The position numbers and the translations under genes are program-made. From a virus (taxonomy: Duplodnaviria > Caudoviricetes): 64,000 nucleotides of DNA. Below the pieces are notes generated by a model, which worked only from the letters and a program-made list of their open reading frames with translations, did not search any database and had not been told where the DNA came from. The DNA lies in the IMG/VR virus record IMGVR_UViG_3300029288_004137, positions 64,001 to 128,000 of that record, one strand, 5' to 3'. This document shows, in pieces, positions 26,191 through 36,861 of this stretch (positions within the stretch are counted from its first letter, which is position 1; every line of letters starts with the position of its first letter).

Positions 26191-29015
26191 TGTATCTTAT
26201 TTCCTTCTATAAATTCAATTTTATAAGACATTATTTTAACATTATCTTGTCCATCTTTTAAGGACGAAACTGCTTTAACATTTTTAATTGAATCATCAAA
26301 GAAATCAATTTCATTGAATTTTTCAAAAAGATTGTTTTTTATCCAATCTTTTTTAGCCAAAGGATTCGCATCTGCTAAATATTGAATATTATTCGTATTA
26401 AAATTGATATTTTGTTCTTTTAAATATTCTTCAATAACATTCAATTTAGATGTTGTACTTCTTGCTGTTAAAATAAAAACATTATCTTTTTGTTCTGCAA
26501 CTTTTTGTTTAAACAATTCAAATATATTTATTGAACCATCTTCATAATCTTTTACCACAAAACTATTAATTCTAGGGTTTCTATCTAAAACGCTTTCAAC
26601 AAAATCTTTAAAATCAAACTCATCGCCTATACTTGGAACATATTTTGCAAATTCAGCAGGTGTTAAACTTATTATTTTATTATCTTGTGTTTTTACATAA
26701 ATAACAACATCACTCTTCACCAAGGTATCATCAAAATCAAAAACATATGCTTTTGAAATGATAGGTTTTTCATTATTTTTCTTTAATACATCAAATAATT
26801 CGTTTATAAAAGCTTCTTGTTCTTTAACTAAATTTTTTTCAGACATTTCTTGAATACATTCTTTCCATACAGAATCAAGAATTTCCAAATAATGTTCTGA
26901 TATCTCTTTAACACCTAATTTATTCAATTTATAATTTTTAAGAAAATTAAATCCAGATAAATTTGTGATATCTTTATGTCCACCAGATGATTTTTGTATA
27001 AAATCCCAAGCAGTTATATAAATTCCATTCAAAAATCTAATTTCTTCTGTACTAAAATCTCCAGAAAATTTGTTCATTAACCGAATTGCTTCTTCTTTTT
27101 TGCTACTATAAGATTGTGGTGCTCTTATACGAGATATAGTTGCTCCATCTGGTGCTTTTTCATGAAAAGTATTAATTAAATCTTTATAAGTAAACCCTAT
27201 AATATTTTTATTATTTCCTTTTGTTCTTTTCTTTATTTCCTCTTCTTCATAAATTAATTTTATATCTCCAACACCAACTTTAATAGAACTTAATAATGGT
27301 TTAAACTTATTAAGAATCTTTTGTCCAATTTCTCCAAGATTATAAGGGTTTTTTTCTTTTTTAAATGGATTTTTTGTAATTTGTATAAGTCCCATTGGCC
27401 ATTTAACACACAACCAATGCGCTTGAGGATAAATATCAAAAGCAACATATCTATCATAAGATCCTACATCCCATGCAGTTGTCATTAATCCATCTTGCCA
27501 AACAACATTTCCAGTCATACCTATTTTTCCACTATCTTTTGCTCTGTCCTTAAAAAATTCATAATTTTTTTCTATGTCTTTTCCAGTAGCAAAATATTTT
27601 AAACCAGCGTGTTGTGTCACCCAATCTCTTATATGCAAATATATATTTTTTAATGATGGTGAAGATTTCATAACAATCTCTGACAAGAAATCTTTTTTAT
27701 TTTTATAAGATAAAATCCATTTATTTACAATAAGACCAAATTTTATTTTTTCCACATTAACATTCAAATTTTCTTTTGATAATTTATATACAGCTTTAGG
27801 AACATCTGATGGTGTTAAATTATATAATGAATATCTAGCTGCATCTACAATGTTAATTACTTCTATATCTTTTAAATCAAAAACATCACTAGTAGATATT
27901 AATCCAGAAATATCTGATACATTGCTATATGATGTTGAAAATTTCTTTGATAACATAGGATCATCAATACCTGTTTGATTTTGATGATGATCTGTATGAA
28001 TATTCATTGCAGGTTTGCCATGAGAAAAATCTACAAGAACATGTAAAAGACCAGGCGTTGCTTCAGAAATAGTATATTCTTGATCTCCATATTGAATTGT
28101 TTCTGCTTTTACAGTTTTTATTCCATATTGTTTAAGATATTCTTTTGCTGCTATAGCAGAAGTAACCCCATCTAAATCTATATGAAACCAAATTTCGGCT
28201 TCTGCATATTGCTTTGCCATTTGATTTATATTTCTAATACCACTTTCTTTTAAAACAGTTTCAAAAGATTCAAATGTTAATTCTTTTGTTAAATCTTTTT
28301 GTATTCTTTCAGCTTCGTGCTGGTTACTTACTGTATTTTTATTCTTTTCTGCAAATTTTTCTAATTGAGTCATTCCATCTTTTTCACCAAATTTTTTTAA
28401 AAATTGTTTTGCAGTTTTTATATAGAAATTTGATTGAGATCCTGGAAATATTTTTTTTAATAATTCTACTCCTTTACTAATTTGGGTATTATTATAATTT
28501 CCTTCTTCTTCAGGAACTTTTATTGTAAAATTTGTTGTTTCTTGTTGTTTTTCGTTATTCAATTCAGATTCGTTTTCAACTGGATCTGTTAATGATGATA
28601 GATTTCCTTCTTCATTCAATTTTTCTTTTTTTGCTTCTTTTTCCATATCAATCAGTCTATCATAATAATCATCAAACTCTTTAAGATGATCTTTTGTTAT
28701 CTCTGTTGCTATTTCAGGATCATCTGTATGCTCACGTTCTATCTTAATTCCCTTTTCAAGTTGATCTTGATCAAAATTTTCATCAGGTTCATTATCAGCT
28801 TTTCCACCTTCAATTTTATCTTCTTCTAACGCTCCACCAAATCCAGGAGGTGCTGATTTTGATCTTTCAAATGGAATATCACAATCAAATGGTTCTTTGG
28901 TATATCCTTCTCCTTGCCCTAACAAAAACCTTTTCTTTTTTGCATGATCTTCATATTTTTCATTTAAAAGATGATCTTTCCATAACTTTTTCCACACAAG
29001 AGTATTTCTCCACAT
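26187..29015 (-). CDS. Multidomain protein: DUF5661-like + DHH phosphoesterase + HAD-like domain
   Basis: GIKIEREHTDD..DHLKE..YY; HIDLDG, VDFSH, TDHH, GGH; FDFDDTL, LTAR, FFDD. Confidence 0.75.
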   Translation of the reverse strand: MWRNTLVWKKLWKDHLLNEKYEDHAKKKRFLLGQGEGYTKEPFDCDIPFERSKSAPPGFGGALEEDKIEGGKADNEPDENFDQDQLEKGIKIEREHTDDPEIATEITKDHLKEFDDYYDRLIDMEKEAKKEKLNEEGNLSSLTDPVENESELNNEKQQETTNFTIKVPEEEGNYNNTQISKGVELLKKIFPGSQSNFYIKTAKQFLKKFGEKDGMTQLEKFAEKNKNTVSNQHEAERIQKDLTKELTFESFETVLKESGIRNINQMAKQYAEAEIWFHIDLDGVTSAIAAKEYLKQYGIKTVKAETIQYGDQEYTISEATPGLLHVLVDFSHGKPAMNIHTDHHQNQTGIDDPMLSKKFSTSYSNVSDISGLISTSDVFDLKDIEVINIVDAARYSLYNLTPSDVPKAVYKLSKENLNVNVEKIKFGLIVNKWILSYKNKKDFLSEIVMKSSPSLKNIYLHIRDWVTQHAGLKYFATGKDIEKNYEFFKDRAKDSGKIGMTGNVVWQDGLMTTAWDVGSYDRYVAFDIYPQAHWLCVKWPMGLIQITKNPFKKEKNPYNLGEIGQKILNKFKPLLSSIKVGVGDIKLIYEEEEIKKRTKGNNKNIIGFTYKDLINTFHEKAPDGATISRIRAPQSYSSKKEEAIRLMNKFSGDFSTEEIRFLNGIYITAWDFIQKSSGGHKDITNLSGFNFLKNYKLNKLGVKEISEHYLEILDSVWKECIQEMSEKNLVKEQEAFINELFDVLKKNNEKPIISKAYVFDFDDTLVKSDVVIYVKTQDNKIISLTPAEFAKYVPSIGDEFDFKDFVESVLDRNPRINSFVVKDYEDGSINIFELFKQKVAEQKDNVFILTARSTTSKLNVIEEYLKEQNINFNTNNIQYLADANPLAKKDWIKNNLFEKFNEIDFFDDSIKNVKAVSSLKDGQDNVKIMSYKIEFIEGNKIQ

Positions 29016-29055
29016 TAAAGAAAAATAAATCCATCATAATTAGTTTTTATTAAAT

Positions 29056-29433
29056 TCAATTAATTGAATTTGTTATTTTGTCAATCCATATGAACATTTC
29101 ATCAAATTTATTAAAAATCTTTCTTATCTTTTTATCTTTACTTGTAAAAAAGGCTTCTATCCCTTTATCAGAAGGATTTAAAACTAAAAAAGAACCATTA
29201 TCATTTTCATATTCAGAAGGAAATGATGATGGATCAGAAACAATATTGTATCCCATACTATCCAATGAAGTAAAAGAAGAAAATCCTTCTGATATTACTA
29301 TTTCTTCTTCATCTAAAGTATGTGTCTCTCTTAATTGAGAAATTTTATCTTTTGATGGACTCCCTTGAATAGAACCACCAGACATAGAAGTTATTTCATT
29401 TATCCTTTTCATTGATATTCTCCTTTTTGTCAT
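29056..29433 (-). CDS. Hypothetical protein
   Basis: ORF in operon. Confidence 0.55.
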   Translation of the reverse strand: MTKRRISMKRINEITSMSGGSIQGSPSKDKISQLRETHTLDEEEIVISEGFSSFTSLDSMGYNIVSDPSSFPSEYENDNGSFLVLNPSDKGIEAFFTSKDKKIRKIFNKFDEMFIWIDKITNSIN

Positions 29434-29686
29434 AAATAGAATTCGATTTTTCTTTATATTTTAATAAACTTAATTGCTTTGTTAAAACAAAGCAACTTAC
29501 ATTACCCAATGAAATCTGACACATTTCTTCATTAATATCTGAAAGAGTCCCTAATAAAACTGCTATTCGTGGTTCTTTTAAAGAACTCAAAGACAACGAA
29601 AGACCAAAATCAGTACCATAATATATCGTAGTTCCTGCTGGAACCCAAACCAAATCATAAATATGATTTTTTATGTTTTTTAACAC
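29396..29686 (-). CDS. Hypothetical protein
   Basis: ORF in operon. Confidence 0.5.
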   Translation of the reverse strand: MLKNIKNHIYDLVWVPAGTTIYYGTDFGLSLSLSSLKEPRIAVLLGTLSDINEEMCQISLGNVSCFVLTKQLSLLKYKEKSNSIYDKKENINEKDK

Positions 29687-30374
29687 GTTTTATATCACTC
29701 TCTATGATAATTATATTTTTTGAACTTGATAAATTTCCACATAAATACAACTTTCTATCATTAAAAAAATTTATTGAATTAACACCCATAATATACCCAA
29801 AATTTAATGGTTTTAAAATAACAAAATATTTATTGTATATATCTTTATCATAATGATAAAAAAAAGATTTTTTATAATAATTGCTCTTTTTCTTTGTTAT
29901 AATAAGATCATTTGCTTTAAATTTAAACTTATTTCTTTGATAAGATTCAAAAAAGTTTTTTGCACAATCATGAAAAGACGCAAAATTATCTATTATTACT
30001 GGGGTAAGATTATAATCTTTTTTTTCACACATTTTATAAATTGAATCATCAAAATATTTATATTTTCCATATGTCCTTAATTCTAAAATAGAATTAAAAG
30101 CAAAATCTAAATATGTTTCAATTTCTTTTGTTAAAGAAAAATCTTTTCTAAAAATGGTTTTTGCTTTAGATTCAATTAAAAATTTTTTAACATTCTTTGT
30201 AAAAACAATTTTATTATTTATATTAAAATAAGCAATCTTGATTTTAGTCCTATCAAAATAAGATTCTTTTAAAAGACTTTCATAAAGTTTTTTAAAATCT
30301 GTTTCACTTCTTACTTCTTTCTCTAAAAGATTTACTATTCTTTTAATTTTAAAACAATTAGAAGAAGATCCCAT
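29655..30374 (-). CDS. Hypothetical protein
   Basis: ORF in operon. Confidence 0.55.
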   Translation of the reverse strand: MGSSSNCFKIKRIVNLLEKEVRSETDFKKLYESLLKESYFDRTKIKIAYFNINNKIVFTKNVKKFLIESKAKTIFRKDFSLTKEIETYLDFAFNSILELRTYGKYKYFDDSIYKMCEKKDYNLTPVIIDNFASFHDCAKNFFESYQRNKFKFKANDLIITKKKSNYYKKSFFYHYDKDIYNKYFVILKPLNFGYIMGVNSINFFNDRKLYLCGNLSSSKNIIIIESDIKRVKKHKKSYL

Positions 30375-30377
30375 ATT

Positions 30378-32066
30378 TTAACTCTTTTCGTTTGAAATTT
30401 CTATAAATCCTGCAACATTTATAAGTTGTAATGCAGCAGATACCGCATTAACAAGCGCAACATAAACAACTTTATATGGATCAACAATACCTTGCTTAAA
30501 CATATCAACAAATTCATTTCTTTCTATATCAAATCCATAATTTAAATGCTTTGAATTTGAATATTCTTTTTGAATTTTTTCAGAAATATACTCAACTGAA
30601 TATCCACCATTTTCTAGTATTTTTGAAAATGGCGCTTTCATTGCATCAAGCAAAATATTCATTCCTAATATAAAACTTTTACTATGTTTCTTATTCATCT
30701 TATATCGTGAAATCTCTTGTGAGATCTTATATAAGAATATTCCACCACCAGGAACTATCCCTTGCTCTTGTGCAGACATTACAGCACCAATAGCATCTTC
30801 AATTCTATATCTTTTTTCTGTTACTTCACCCTCCGTAACTCCCCCAACCTTAATAAGAATTACACCACTATTTAATCTTGTAAATCTCTCTTGTAAATGT
30901 TCAGATAAATATTCTGACTCTGTTTGTTGCAATAAATCTTTTATAAAATTTTTCCTTTCTTCAATCTTTTCTTCATTACCTTCTCCACCCACTATTAACG
31001 AAAATAAAGAAGATATCTCTATTCTTGATGCTTTTCCAAAGTCTTTCAAAGAAACGTTTTTAAAGAGCTCTTTTCCTAAACCCATGTTCATGTTGCTCTT
31101 TGAGAAAAAAGTAGCTCCTGTCGCAATTGCTAAGTCCTCAAGTATATCTTCTTTATACTCCCCATAACTGTTTAGTTTAACTGCTGCAACTTTCATACTT
31201 CCATTCATAGCATTAGCAATTAAACCTGCCAATGCTTGTTCAATTACATCACCAGCAACAATCAATAATGGTTTCTTATGACGAGCAGCAATTTCTAATA
31301 CTGGGAATAAATCTTCTATAGCAGAAATTGTTTCATCAGTTACAAATATTAAAGGTTCATTGTATTTAATAAGTTTTCTCTGTTGATCAGTACAAAATCT
31401 GGAAGATAAATATGTGCCTTTAAATTTAAATCCTTCTACAAAATCTATTACTGTTTCTGTTGTATTAGATTTCTCAACAGAAATCGTTCCGTCCTTTCCT
31501 GACTTTTCAATAGCAGTAGCAACTATAGTCCCTATGTCTTTGCTATTTCCTGATATAATTGCTACATCTTGAATATCTTGAAAAGAAGTTATATCTTTTA
31601 CATACTTTGTTTTTAACTTGCTTTCAATTTCATTTATAATGAAATCCATACCTTCTTTTAATTCTTTTAAAAGAACTTTATATCCAACACTGTTTATGCT
31701 TTTTTCTGCAAGATCATAAATTGATCCTGCTAAAACAGTTGCAGTGGTTGTACCATCCCCTGCTATAGAATTAGATCGTTCTGCTGCTTGTTTTATCAAC
31801 TTAGCACCAGCATTTCCTGCTATACCATTATAAGAAAAATGTCTTGCTACAGTGACACCATCTTTAGTCGAAAAGGGGATTTCTTCTTTGCCTGACCCTA
31901 TAAGAATAGTACGGCCAAACGGTCCCATAGTGGATGAAACCATCTCCACCAATTCTTTAACGGAATTCGATACTTCTTGTTTAAAATTTTTTCCAAAAAC
32001 ATTGTTTTCACTCATAAATACCTCTCTTTTTATAAACTTATTCTCTAAAGAATCTGTTCTTTTCAT
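30378..32066 (-). CDS. groEL: Phage chaperonin GroEL (start may be MSENN at 32015)
   Basis: TMGPFGR, TKDGVTVA, AGDGTTTATVLA, GIVPGGG, GIVDP. Confidence 0.95.
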   Translation of the reverse strand: MKRTDSLENKFIKREVFMSENNVFGKNFKQEVSNSVKELVEMVSSTMGPFGRTILIGSGKEEIPFSTKDGVTVARHFSYNGIAGNAGAKLIKQAAERSNSIAGDGTTTATVLAGSIYDLAEKSINSVGYKVLLKELKEGMDFIINEIESKLKTKYVKDITSFQDIQDVAIISGNSKDIGTIVATAIEKSGKDGTISVEKSNTTETVIDFVEGFKFKGTYLSSRFCTDQQRKLIKYNEPLIFVTDETISAIEDLFPVLEIAARHKKPLLIVAGDVIEQALAGLIANAMNGSMKVAAVKLNSYGEYKEDILEDLAIATGATFFSKSNMNMGLGKELFKNVSLKDFGKASRIEISSLFSLIVGGEGNEEKIEERKNFIKDLLQQTESEYLSEHLQERFTRLNSGVILIKVGGVTEGEVTEKRYRIEDAIGAVMSAQEQGIVPGGGIFLYKISQEISRYKMNKKHSKSFILGMNILLDAMKAPFSKILENGGYSVEYISEKIQKEYSNSKHLNYGFDIERNEFVDMFKQGIVDPYKVVYVALVNAVSAALQLINVAGFIEISNEKS

Positions 32067-33279
32067 ATATTTGTTTCATATTTAAAAACATTTTTTGTGA
32101 ACTTTCAACAGCTTTCATCCCAGATGAACCACTCTGCTCCTCATCCACAAAATACTTGTTTAAGTAAATCTGAAAATCATACAAAGAATTATATATCTCT
32201 TTTATTTGTTCATTTAAAACATTAGTTCTTAATTGCAATTTTGTTTTTAAATTTAAACTACCACCAATATTTAATTCTCCAATATTTTCAAAACCCTTTA
32301 ATATGAATGGTTTACTTTTTAATTGTTCAGATGTCTTAACATACATTCCACTAATTATTTCTACTACTGATTGATTATTCCCAAGTTTTTCTAACATTTT
32401 GTTTATAATAAATTGTGTTGGAATAGATGATGTTTCAAACAAATAAAGCAATATTGCAGTTACAGAAGTATATGTTGAAAATTTATTTAATTCTTGTGGC
32501 ATTTTTTCTTTCAAGAATTCAGAAATTGTTTCTCTCAAAACAGTTTTTATTGAATTAAAAATTTCAGTTTTAGATAAAATTTTCTCTTTTAAAATTAAAT
32601 TTCCTACTTCTTCTTTAGACAATTGTTGTTTTTCAAAGACAATATAAACCATATCTCTACTACTTCTGTCATAAGCAAAATCTTTAAGTAAATTGCTAAA
32701 ATTACCTTCTATTTCTGTATGAGAAGAAACAACCTTTAATGATAAATATTCTTCATTAGTTTCAATATCTTTTATTTCAGTTTGATCACCTAATTGGTGT
32801 CCACCTAATACTACAGATATAAAAGCTTCAAATAATCTACCAGTAGTAGAAGCTGAAAATTCATTTAAAAGTAACATTAATGTTTCTATAAAGACCAAGG
32901 AAGAAATTATCTGTGAAGGTGTTTCATTTATAAATGATTTTTCGTCTTTATTTAAAAAATCATTTATATAATTAAAAATAGAACTTAATTTTTTACCAGA
33001 AACAGATTTTCCTTTACCAGCATAATTTTCTTTAATAATGTTCTTTATATATTTTGTAAAAATAATTCTATCTTCATCAAGAGTCCCTTCTTTTCTATTC
33101 CCTCCCCATCCTCTCTCTGTTAATCTCATTTGCGGAGGTCGAAATCCATAAAAAGTATTTTTATTTCTCCATTTTTCTTCATTACCCTTAATTTCTTCTT
33201 TTATCAAAATATCAATATTATTTATTTTCTTTTCTGATAAAACTTTATCTATAATTTCTTCTGATTCTTTAATATTCAA
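32038..33279 (-). CDS. Hypothetical protein, possible nuclease-like fold
   Basis: GRLFEAF...DI...SLK, weak PD-(D/E)xK-like pattern. Confidence 0.5.
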   Translation of the reverse strand: MNIKESEEIIDKVLSEKKINNIDILIKEEIKGNEEKWRNKNTFYGFRPPQMRLTERGWGGNRKEGTLDEDRIIFTKYIKNIIKENYAGKGKSVSGKKLSSIFNYINDFLNKDEKSFINETPSQIISSLVFIETLMLLLNEFSASTTGRLFEAFISVVLGGHQLGDQTEIKDIETNEEYLSLKVVSSHTEIEGNFSNLLKDFAYDRSSRDMVYIVFEKQQLSKEEVGNLILKEKILSKTEIFNSIKTVLRETISEFLKEKMPQELNKFSTYTSVTAILLYLFETSSIPTQFIINKMLEKLGNNQSVVEIISGMYVKTSEQLKSKPFILKGFENIGELNIGGSLNLKTKLQLRTNVLNEQIKEIYNSLYDFQIYLNKYFVDEEQSGSSGMKAVESSQKMFLNMKQIYEKNRFFRE

Positions 33280-33282
33280 TAA

Positions 33283-34170
33283 TCAACTCCTAAAACTGCT
33301 ATTGCTCTTTGCAATATTAATTACTTTTTCAACTGGTAAAGAAGCACAATCAATCTTATTATCTGTTAAATTAAAATGATTCATAAATCCTTTGAACTTA
33401 GCGTTTTGACAATCTTTGTTAATTCCATTTTGTTCTTCTGGGAAAACCAAAGGTATCTCATATACATCATATATAAAACCACAAAGTATACCCAATGCTT
33501 CAATTTGTTTTGGATAAAATCCAAGAAAATCATCAAGTTTAACTTTATGTATTTTAAAATCTTCAATTATTGGACGTTCTCCAAATCCTTTCTTTTCATA
33601 CCAATCTTGGTATTTTAAATAATGTGCATTGCTCAATTCAATCCCTATTGAATCTGCATTATATTTCGTTCCTGCGTGAAATGTTATATCATTTGTATCT
33701 ACAAATTGATAGATTGTACCATCATTGTCTATATTAAAATGGACTGAGTATCCTCTCTTCTTTAAGACATTTATTGCACTTCTAGTATTGAGACAAGCAT
33801 CCCAATGAATTACAACAAATTTGGGATTTCTTTCTTTAGACATAATCTTATATCTTAATCCTTCATTTAAGAAGATTGCTTTGGTTTTTATTGGAAAATA
33901 ATGATTATTACATAATATTCTGTTATTTGTTGAAACATATTCTATTTCTTTTTCTAATGGAATATCATTGTTATAAATTTTTTCTGAATAAATTCTTCTA
34001 TATGTTATTTCTCCAACCAATCCATCTTCTTTTATTTTGAATTCCTTTTGTTTTGATTTAATCTTTTCGATTAATTCATTATCAAAAGATGATGCTCCAA
34101 ACCATTCAGGTTCCCAACCTAAAGATTTAGATGATTTTTTATTATAAAGAATTTTATACCAATTTAACAT
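33283..34170 (-). CDS. N-acetylmuramoyl-L-alanine amidase (endolysin) with PG-binding domain
   Basis: DGLVGEIT; VIHW, SVHF.ID.DGTIYQ, FHAG, SIGIE. Confidence 0.85.
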   Translation of the reverse strand: MLNWYKILYNKKSSKSLGWEPEWFGASSFDNELIEKIKSKQKEFKIKEDGLVGEITYRRIYSEKIYNNDIPLEKEIEYVSTNNRILCNNHYFPIKTKAIFLNEGLRYKIMSKERNPKFVVIHWDACLNTRSAINVLKKRGYSVHFNIDNDGTIYQFVDTNDITFHAGTKYNADSIGIELSNAHYLKYQDWYEKKGFGERPIIEDFKIHKVKLDDFLGFYPKQIEALGILCGFIYDVYEIPLVFPEEQNGINKDCQNAKFKGFMNHFNLTDNKIDCASLPVEKVINIAKSNSSFRS

Positions 34171-34572
34171 TTAATTTTTTCCTAAAAGTTCCTTTCTAAA
34201 AATTGGACATTTTGTCTTATTGTGCCCTGTTTGCCCACAAACAGAACATTTTCTTTGTTTCTTAACAAGAATCACTTCTTCTTTGTTTTCTTCTTCTTTT
34301 TTAGAAGAAGAAAGCAAAACTAAATTACCACTATCTTTCTTATAATAGGATTGATAATTTGTTTGTTTAGCAAATTCTGTAAGCTCTTTAGTTGAAGGAA
34401 AAGTTCTTTTAAAAATAAAAAAATCAATTGCATCTTTATCCCAACCCTCTCCAACTTTTTTCCAATCTTTAAATACTTCATTAACTTCTTTTAAAGAAGT
34501 ATATCCTTCTACCTGACAACGAAATATAATATCTGTACCACTAGACGATTCTTTCCAATAAACAACCTTCAT
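34171..34572 (-). CDS. Protein with C-terminal zinc knuckle
   Basis: CSVCGQTGHNKTKC. Confidence 0.7.
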   Translation of the reverse strand: MKVVYWKESSSGTDIIFRCQVEGYTSLKEVNEVFKDWKKVGEGWDKDAIDFFIFKRTFPSTKELTEFAKQTNYQSYYKKDSGNLVLLSSSKKEEENKEEVILVKKQRKCSVCGQTGHNKTKCPIFRKELLGKN

Positions 34573-35198
34573 TAATCACCTCTCTTTTCCAGTCCATTTA
34601 TTACCAAATAAATATCTTGAAGATAATATGGCAATTGCTTTTTATTTCTTTTCTTCACACTCATTATATCATACTTTATTCTCTTTGTCAATGTTTTTTT
34701 TATATAATTTCTGAAAGGAAACATATAATAATAAGAAGAATTAACAAAAGAATCGCTTGCAACATTAATCATTTCATCTAAATTAATATCTTTATTATGC
34801 ATCCAATATGTGAATATTGATGTTTCATATCCCCTTACTTCAATTAACATTCTTGGAAAAGAAGGAATAGGCAATAAACATAACAAAAATAACAAGAACC
34901 AACAATTGAATACCGCAAATATAGAAAAAATTGCAAATATTTGTGGAATTAAATATCCTATTGAATAAATTAACTTATTAATATATTTTGAATCCAGCAT
35001 ATGTGTTCTCTCGTGAAGAAAAGTACACAAAGCCTTCAACGGATCATTTAATAATTTTTCATTAAGACTTGCTCTACTAGGATAATAAATCGTTGAACCA
35101 ATTGTGGTTGCATAATCTGTCATAAAACCTTTATTAAAAAACAAAAGCAAACTCATAATCTTCATAAGTTTGCTTTCATTCTTATATTTTATTTTCAA
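34572..35198 (-). CDS. Membrane-associated HExxH protein
   Basis: TTIGSTIY, LHERTH, TM segment, EVRGY. Confidence 0.6.
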   Translation of the reverse strand: MKIKYKNESKLMKIMSLLLFFNKGFMTDYATTIGSTIYYPSRASLNEKLLNDPLKALCTFLHERTHMLDSKYINKLIYSIGYLIPQIFAIFSIFAVFNCWFLLFLLCLLPIPSFPRMLIEVRGYETSIFTYWMHNKDINLDEMINVASDSFVNSSYYYMFPFRNYIKKTLTKRIKYDIMSVKKRNKKQLPYYLQDIYLVINGLEKRGD

Positions 35199-35276
35199 TC
35201 CTACTCTTTTTTCACAAACATCCTTAAAGAACTTAAAAGTCCATCTTATCTCTTTTTTTTTTAAGTTCTCTAGTTA

Positions 35277-36032
35277 TCATTTACTTTTTTTTTCAACCTT
35301 TTTACCTTTATTACCATCTTTCTTATCTTCTTTTTTTGCACTCTTTCCTTTATTAACAATTCTTTCAATAATACGATTTGTTATTGTATTAATGACAGAT
35401 TCCTTAAGTTTATCTGAATCTTTCTTTTTTGAAGAAGTACTACATCCCTCACTCTTAACCTTTTTATTTGTATGTTTACTTTGTCCAATAGGATCTTTCT
35501 CTTCCATAATCTCTTCTTCTTCTTTTTCTTCACCACCTTCAAGATCACCCAATCCACCTTCTTCACCACCTTCAAGATCACCCAATCCACCTTCTTCACC
35601 ACCTTCAAGATCACCTAATCCACTTTCTTCACCACCACCTGAACTTGAAACAGAAACAGGAACTCCAGTTACTTCTTCAATATACGAAGAAATTTTTTCA
35701 ATTATTCCAGCTATATCCTTTTCTGTAACATATACACCCTTTCCACCTTCTGATCCACCTTCTGATCCACCTTCTGGTTCACCTTCTGGTTCACCTTCTA
35801 CATTCATTGTATCTGGAGAAACATCGTCCGTCTCAATTGTTTCTTTTTCTTTTTCAAGATTTTCTAAATCTGATTCCTTAAGTTCTTCTTTCTCTTCTTC
35901 CTCTTCTTCCTCTTTTTCGAGTTTCTTTCCTTCTTTAAGGAAATTTTCTGTCAAAGATGGTTTAATCTTTGCTAATTTTGAAAATTTCTTAATAATTTCT
36001 TCTTCTAAAAGAAAACCAGATTTTTTATTCAT
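35277..36032 (-). CDS. Acidic Gly/Glu-rich protein, possible scaffold or internal head protein
   Basis: 30-bp tandem repeat encoding GLGDLEGGEE three times; several LxE motifs. Confidence 0.6.
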   Translation of the reverse strand: MNKKSGFLLEEEIIKKFSKLAKIKPSLTENFLKEGKKLEKEEEEEEEKEELKESDLENLEKEKETIETDDVSPDTMNVEGEPEGEPEGGSEGGSEGGKGVYVTEKDIAGIIEKISSYIEEVTGVPVSVSSSGGGEESGLGDLEGGEEGGLGDLEGGEEGGLGDLEGGEEKEEEEIMEEKDPIGQSKHTNKKVKSEGCSTSSKKKDSDKLKESVINTITNRIIERIVNKGKSAKKEDKKDGNKGKKVEKKSK

Positions 36033-36098
36033 AAAACCTTCTCCATAAATTTATATTGTTAAAATCAAATCTTGTCATTCAAATCTAAATAGTAATAT

Positions 36099-36347
36099 TT
36101 ATTCCTGAAAAGAATAATTATTTTTTAATTTCAATGTAACTTTATGTAAAGCTTTACGTTCTAATTTATGAATTGAGACATGAGAGAGATTCAACCTCTC
36201 TCCAATTTCTCTCAATGTTAGTTCTTTGTATTTATTAATAGAACAAAAACAACAATTGTTATCTTCTTTAAAATTAATCCAAAATCGACAATTTATCTTA
36301 TCACAAACAACATTATTATAATCAATCTGACATTTTTCATTTTTCAT
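36099..36347 (-). CDS. Sigma region-4-like HTH protein with Cys-rich N-terminus
   Basis: LTLREIGERLNLSHVSIHKLERKALHKV. Confidence 0.75.
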   Translation of the reverse strand: MKNEKCQIDYNNVVCDKINCRFWINFKEDNNCCFCSINKYKELTLREIGERLNLSHVSIHKLERKALHKVTLKLKNNYSFQE

Positions 36348-36861
36348 CTGGTTTTACCTCAAAATCTAAAATTTCATTTAATAAGTCCTCTTCATTTGCA
36401 TCTATATATCCAAAAATATCATCTATTTCTTCATATTTTGCCAGTTGATTAACATCTTCTTGATATGCCTTATCCATATACTCTTTTTCCATCTTTTCAA
36501 CTTTTACTGCATTTGGATACTTCTTAAAGATATTATTATTCTCTTTGTATCTCACTATAAAATCAAGAATTGATTTATCTTTTTTAAGATATCCAGTTGT
36601 CATTAACCTAAAAAATTCAACAATATCAATTCCATCATTTTGAAGATCTAATCCCAATTGTATTAATCTTTCTTCTGTATCAAAAAAATATATACTTTTC
36701 TTTTTACCATCAAATCTTAATTTGCTTGTTATTCTTTTATTCTTTTTTACAAGAGGTTCTTGACTTTTACAATTTACCATGAGGAGTACCTTCAATATAT
36801 CCATTAAATGTCTGAATGACAAACTCTGCATGTGCCCGTAAATCATAAAGTGTTCTTGCAT
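36337..36861 (-). CDS. Hypothetical protein (start uncertain)
   Basis: ORF in operon. Confidence 0.5.
   Translation of the reverse strand: MQEHFMIYGHMQSLSFRHLMDILKVLLMVNCKSQEPLVKKNKRITSKLRFDGKKKSIYFFDTEERLIQLGLDLQNDGIDIVEFFRLMTTGYLKKDKSILDFIVRYKENNNIFKKYPNAVKVEKMEKEYMDKAYQEDVNQLAKYEEIDDIFGYIDANEEDLLNEILDFEVKPDEK

Noticed and set aside
35170-36048. 292-aa Pro/Ser-rich plus-strand ORF
   Set aside because: Antisense shadow of the Gly/Glu-rich minus-strand gene
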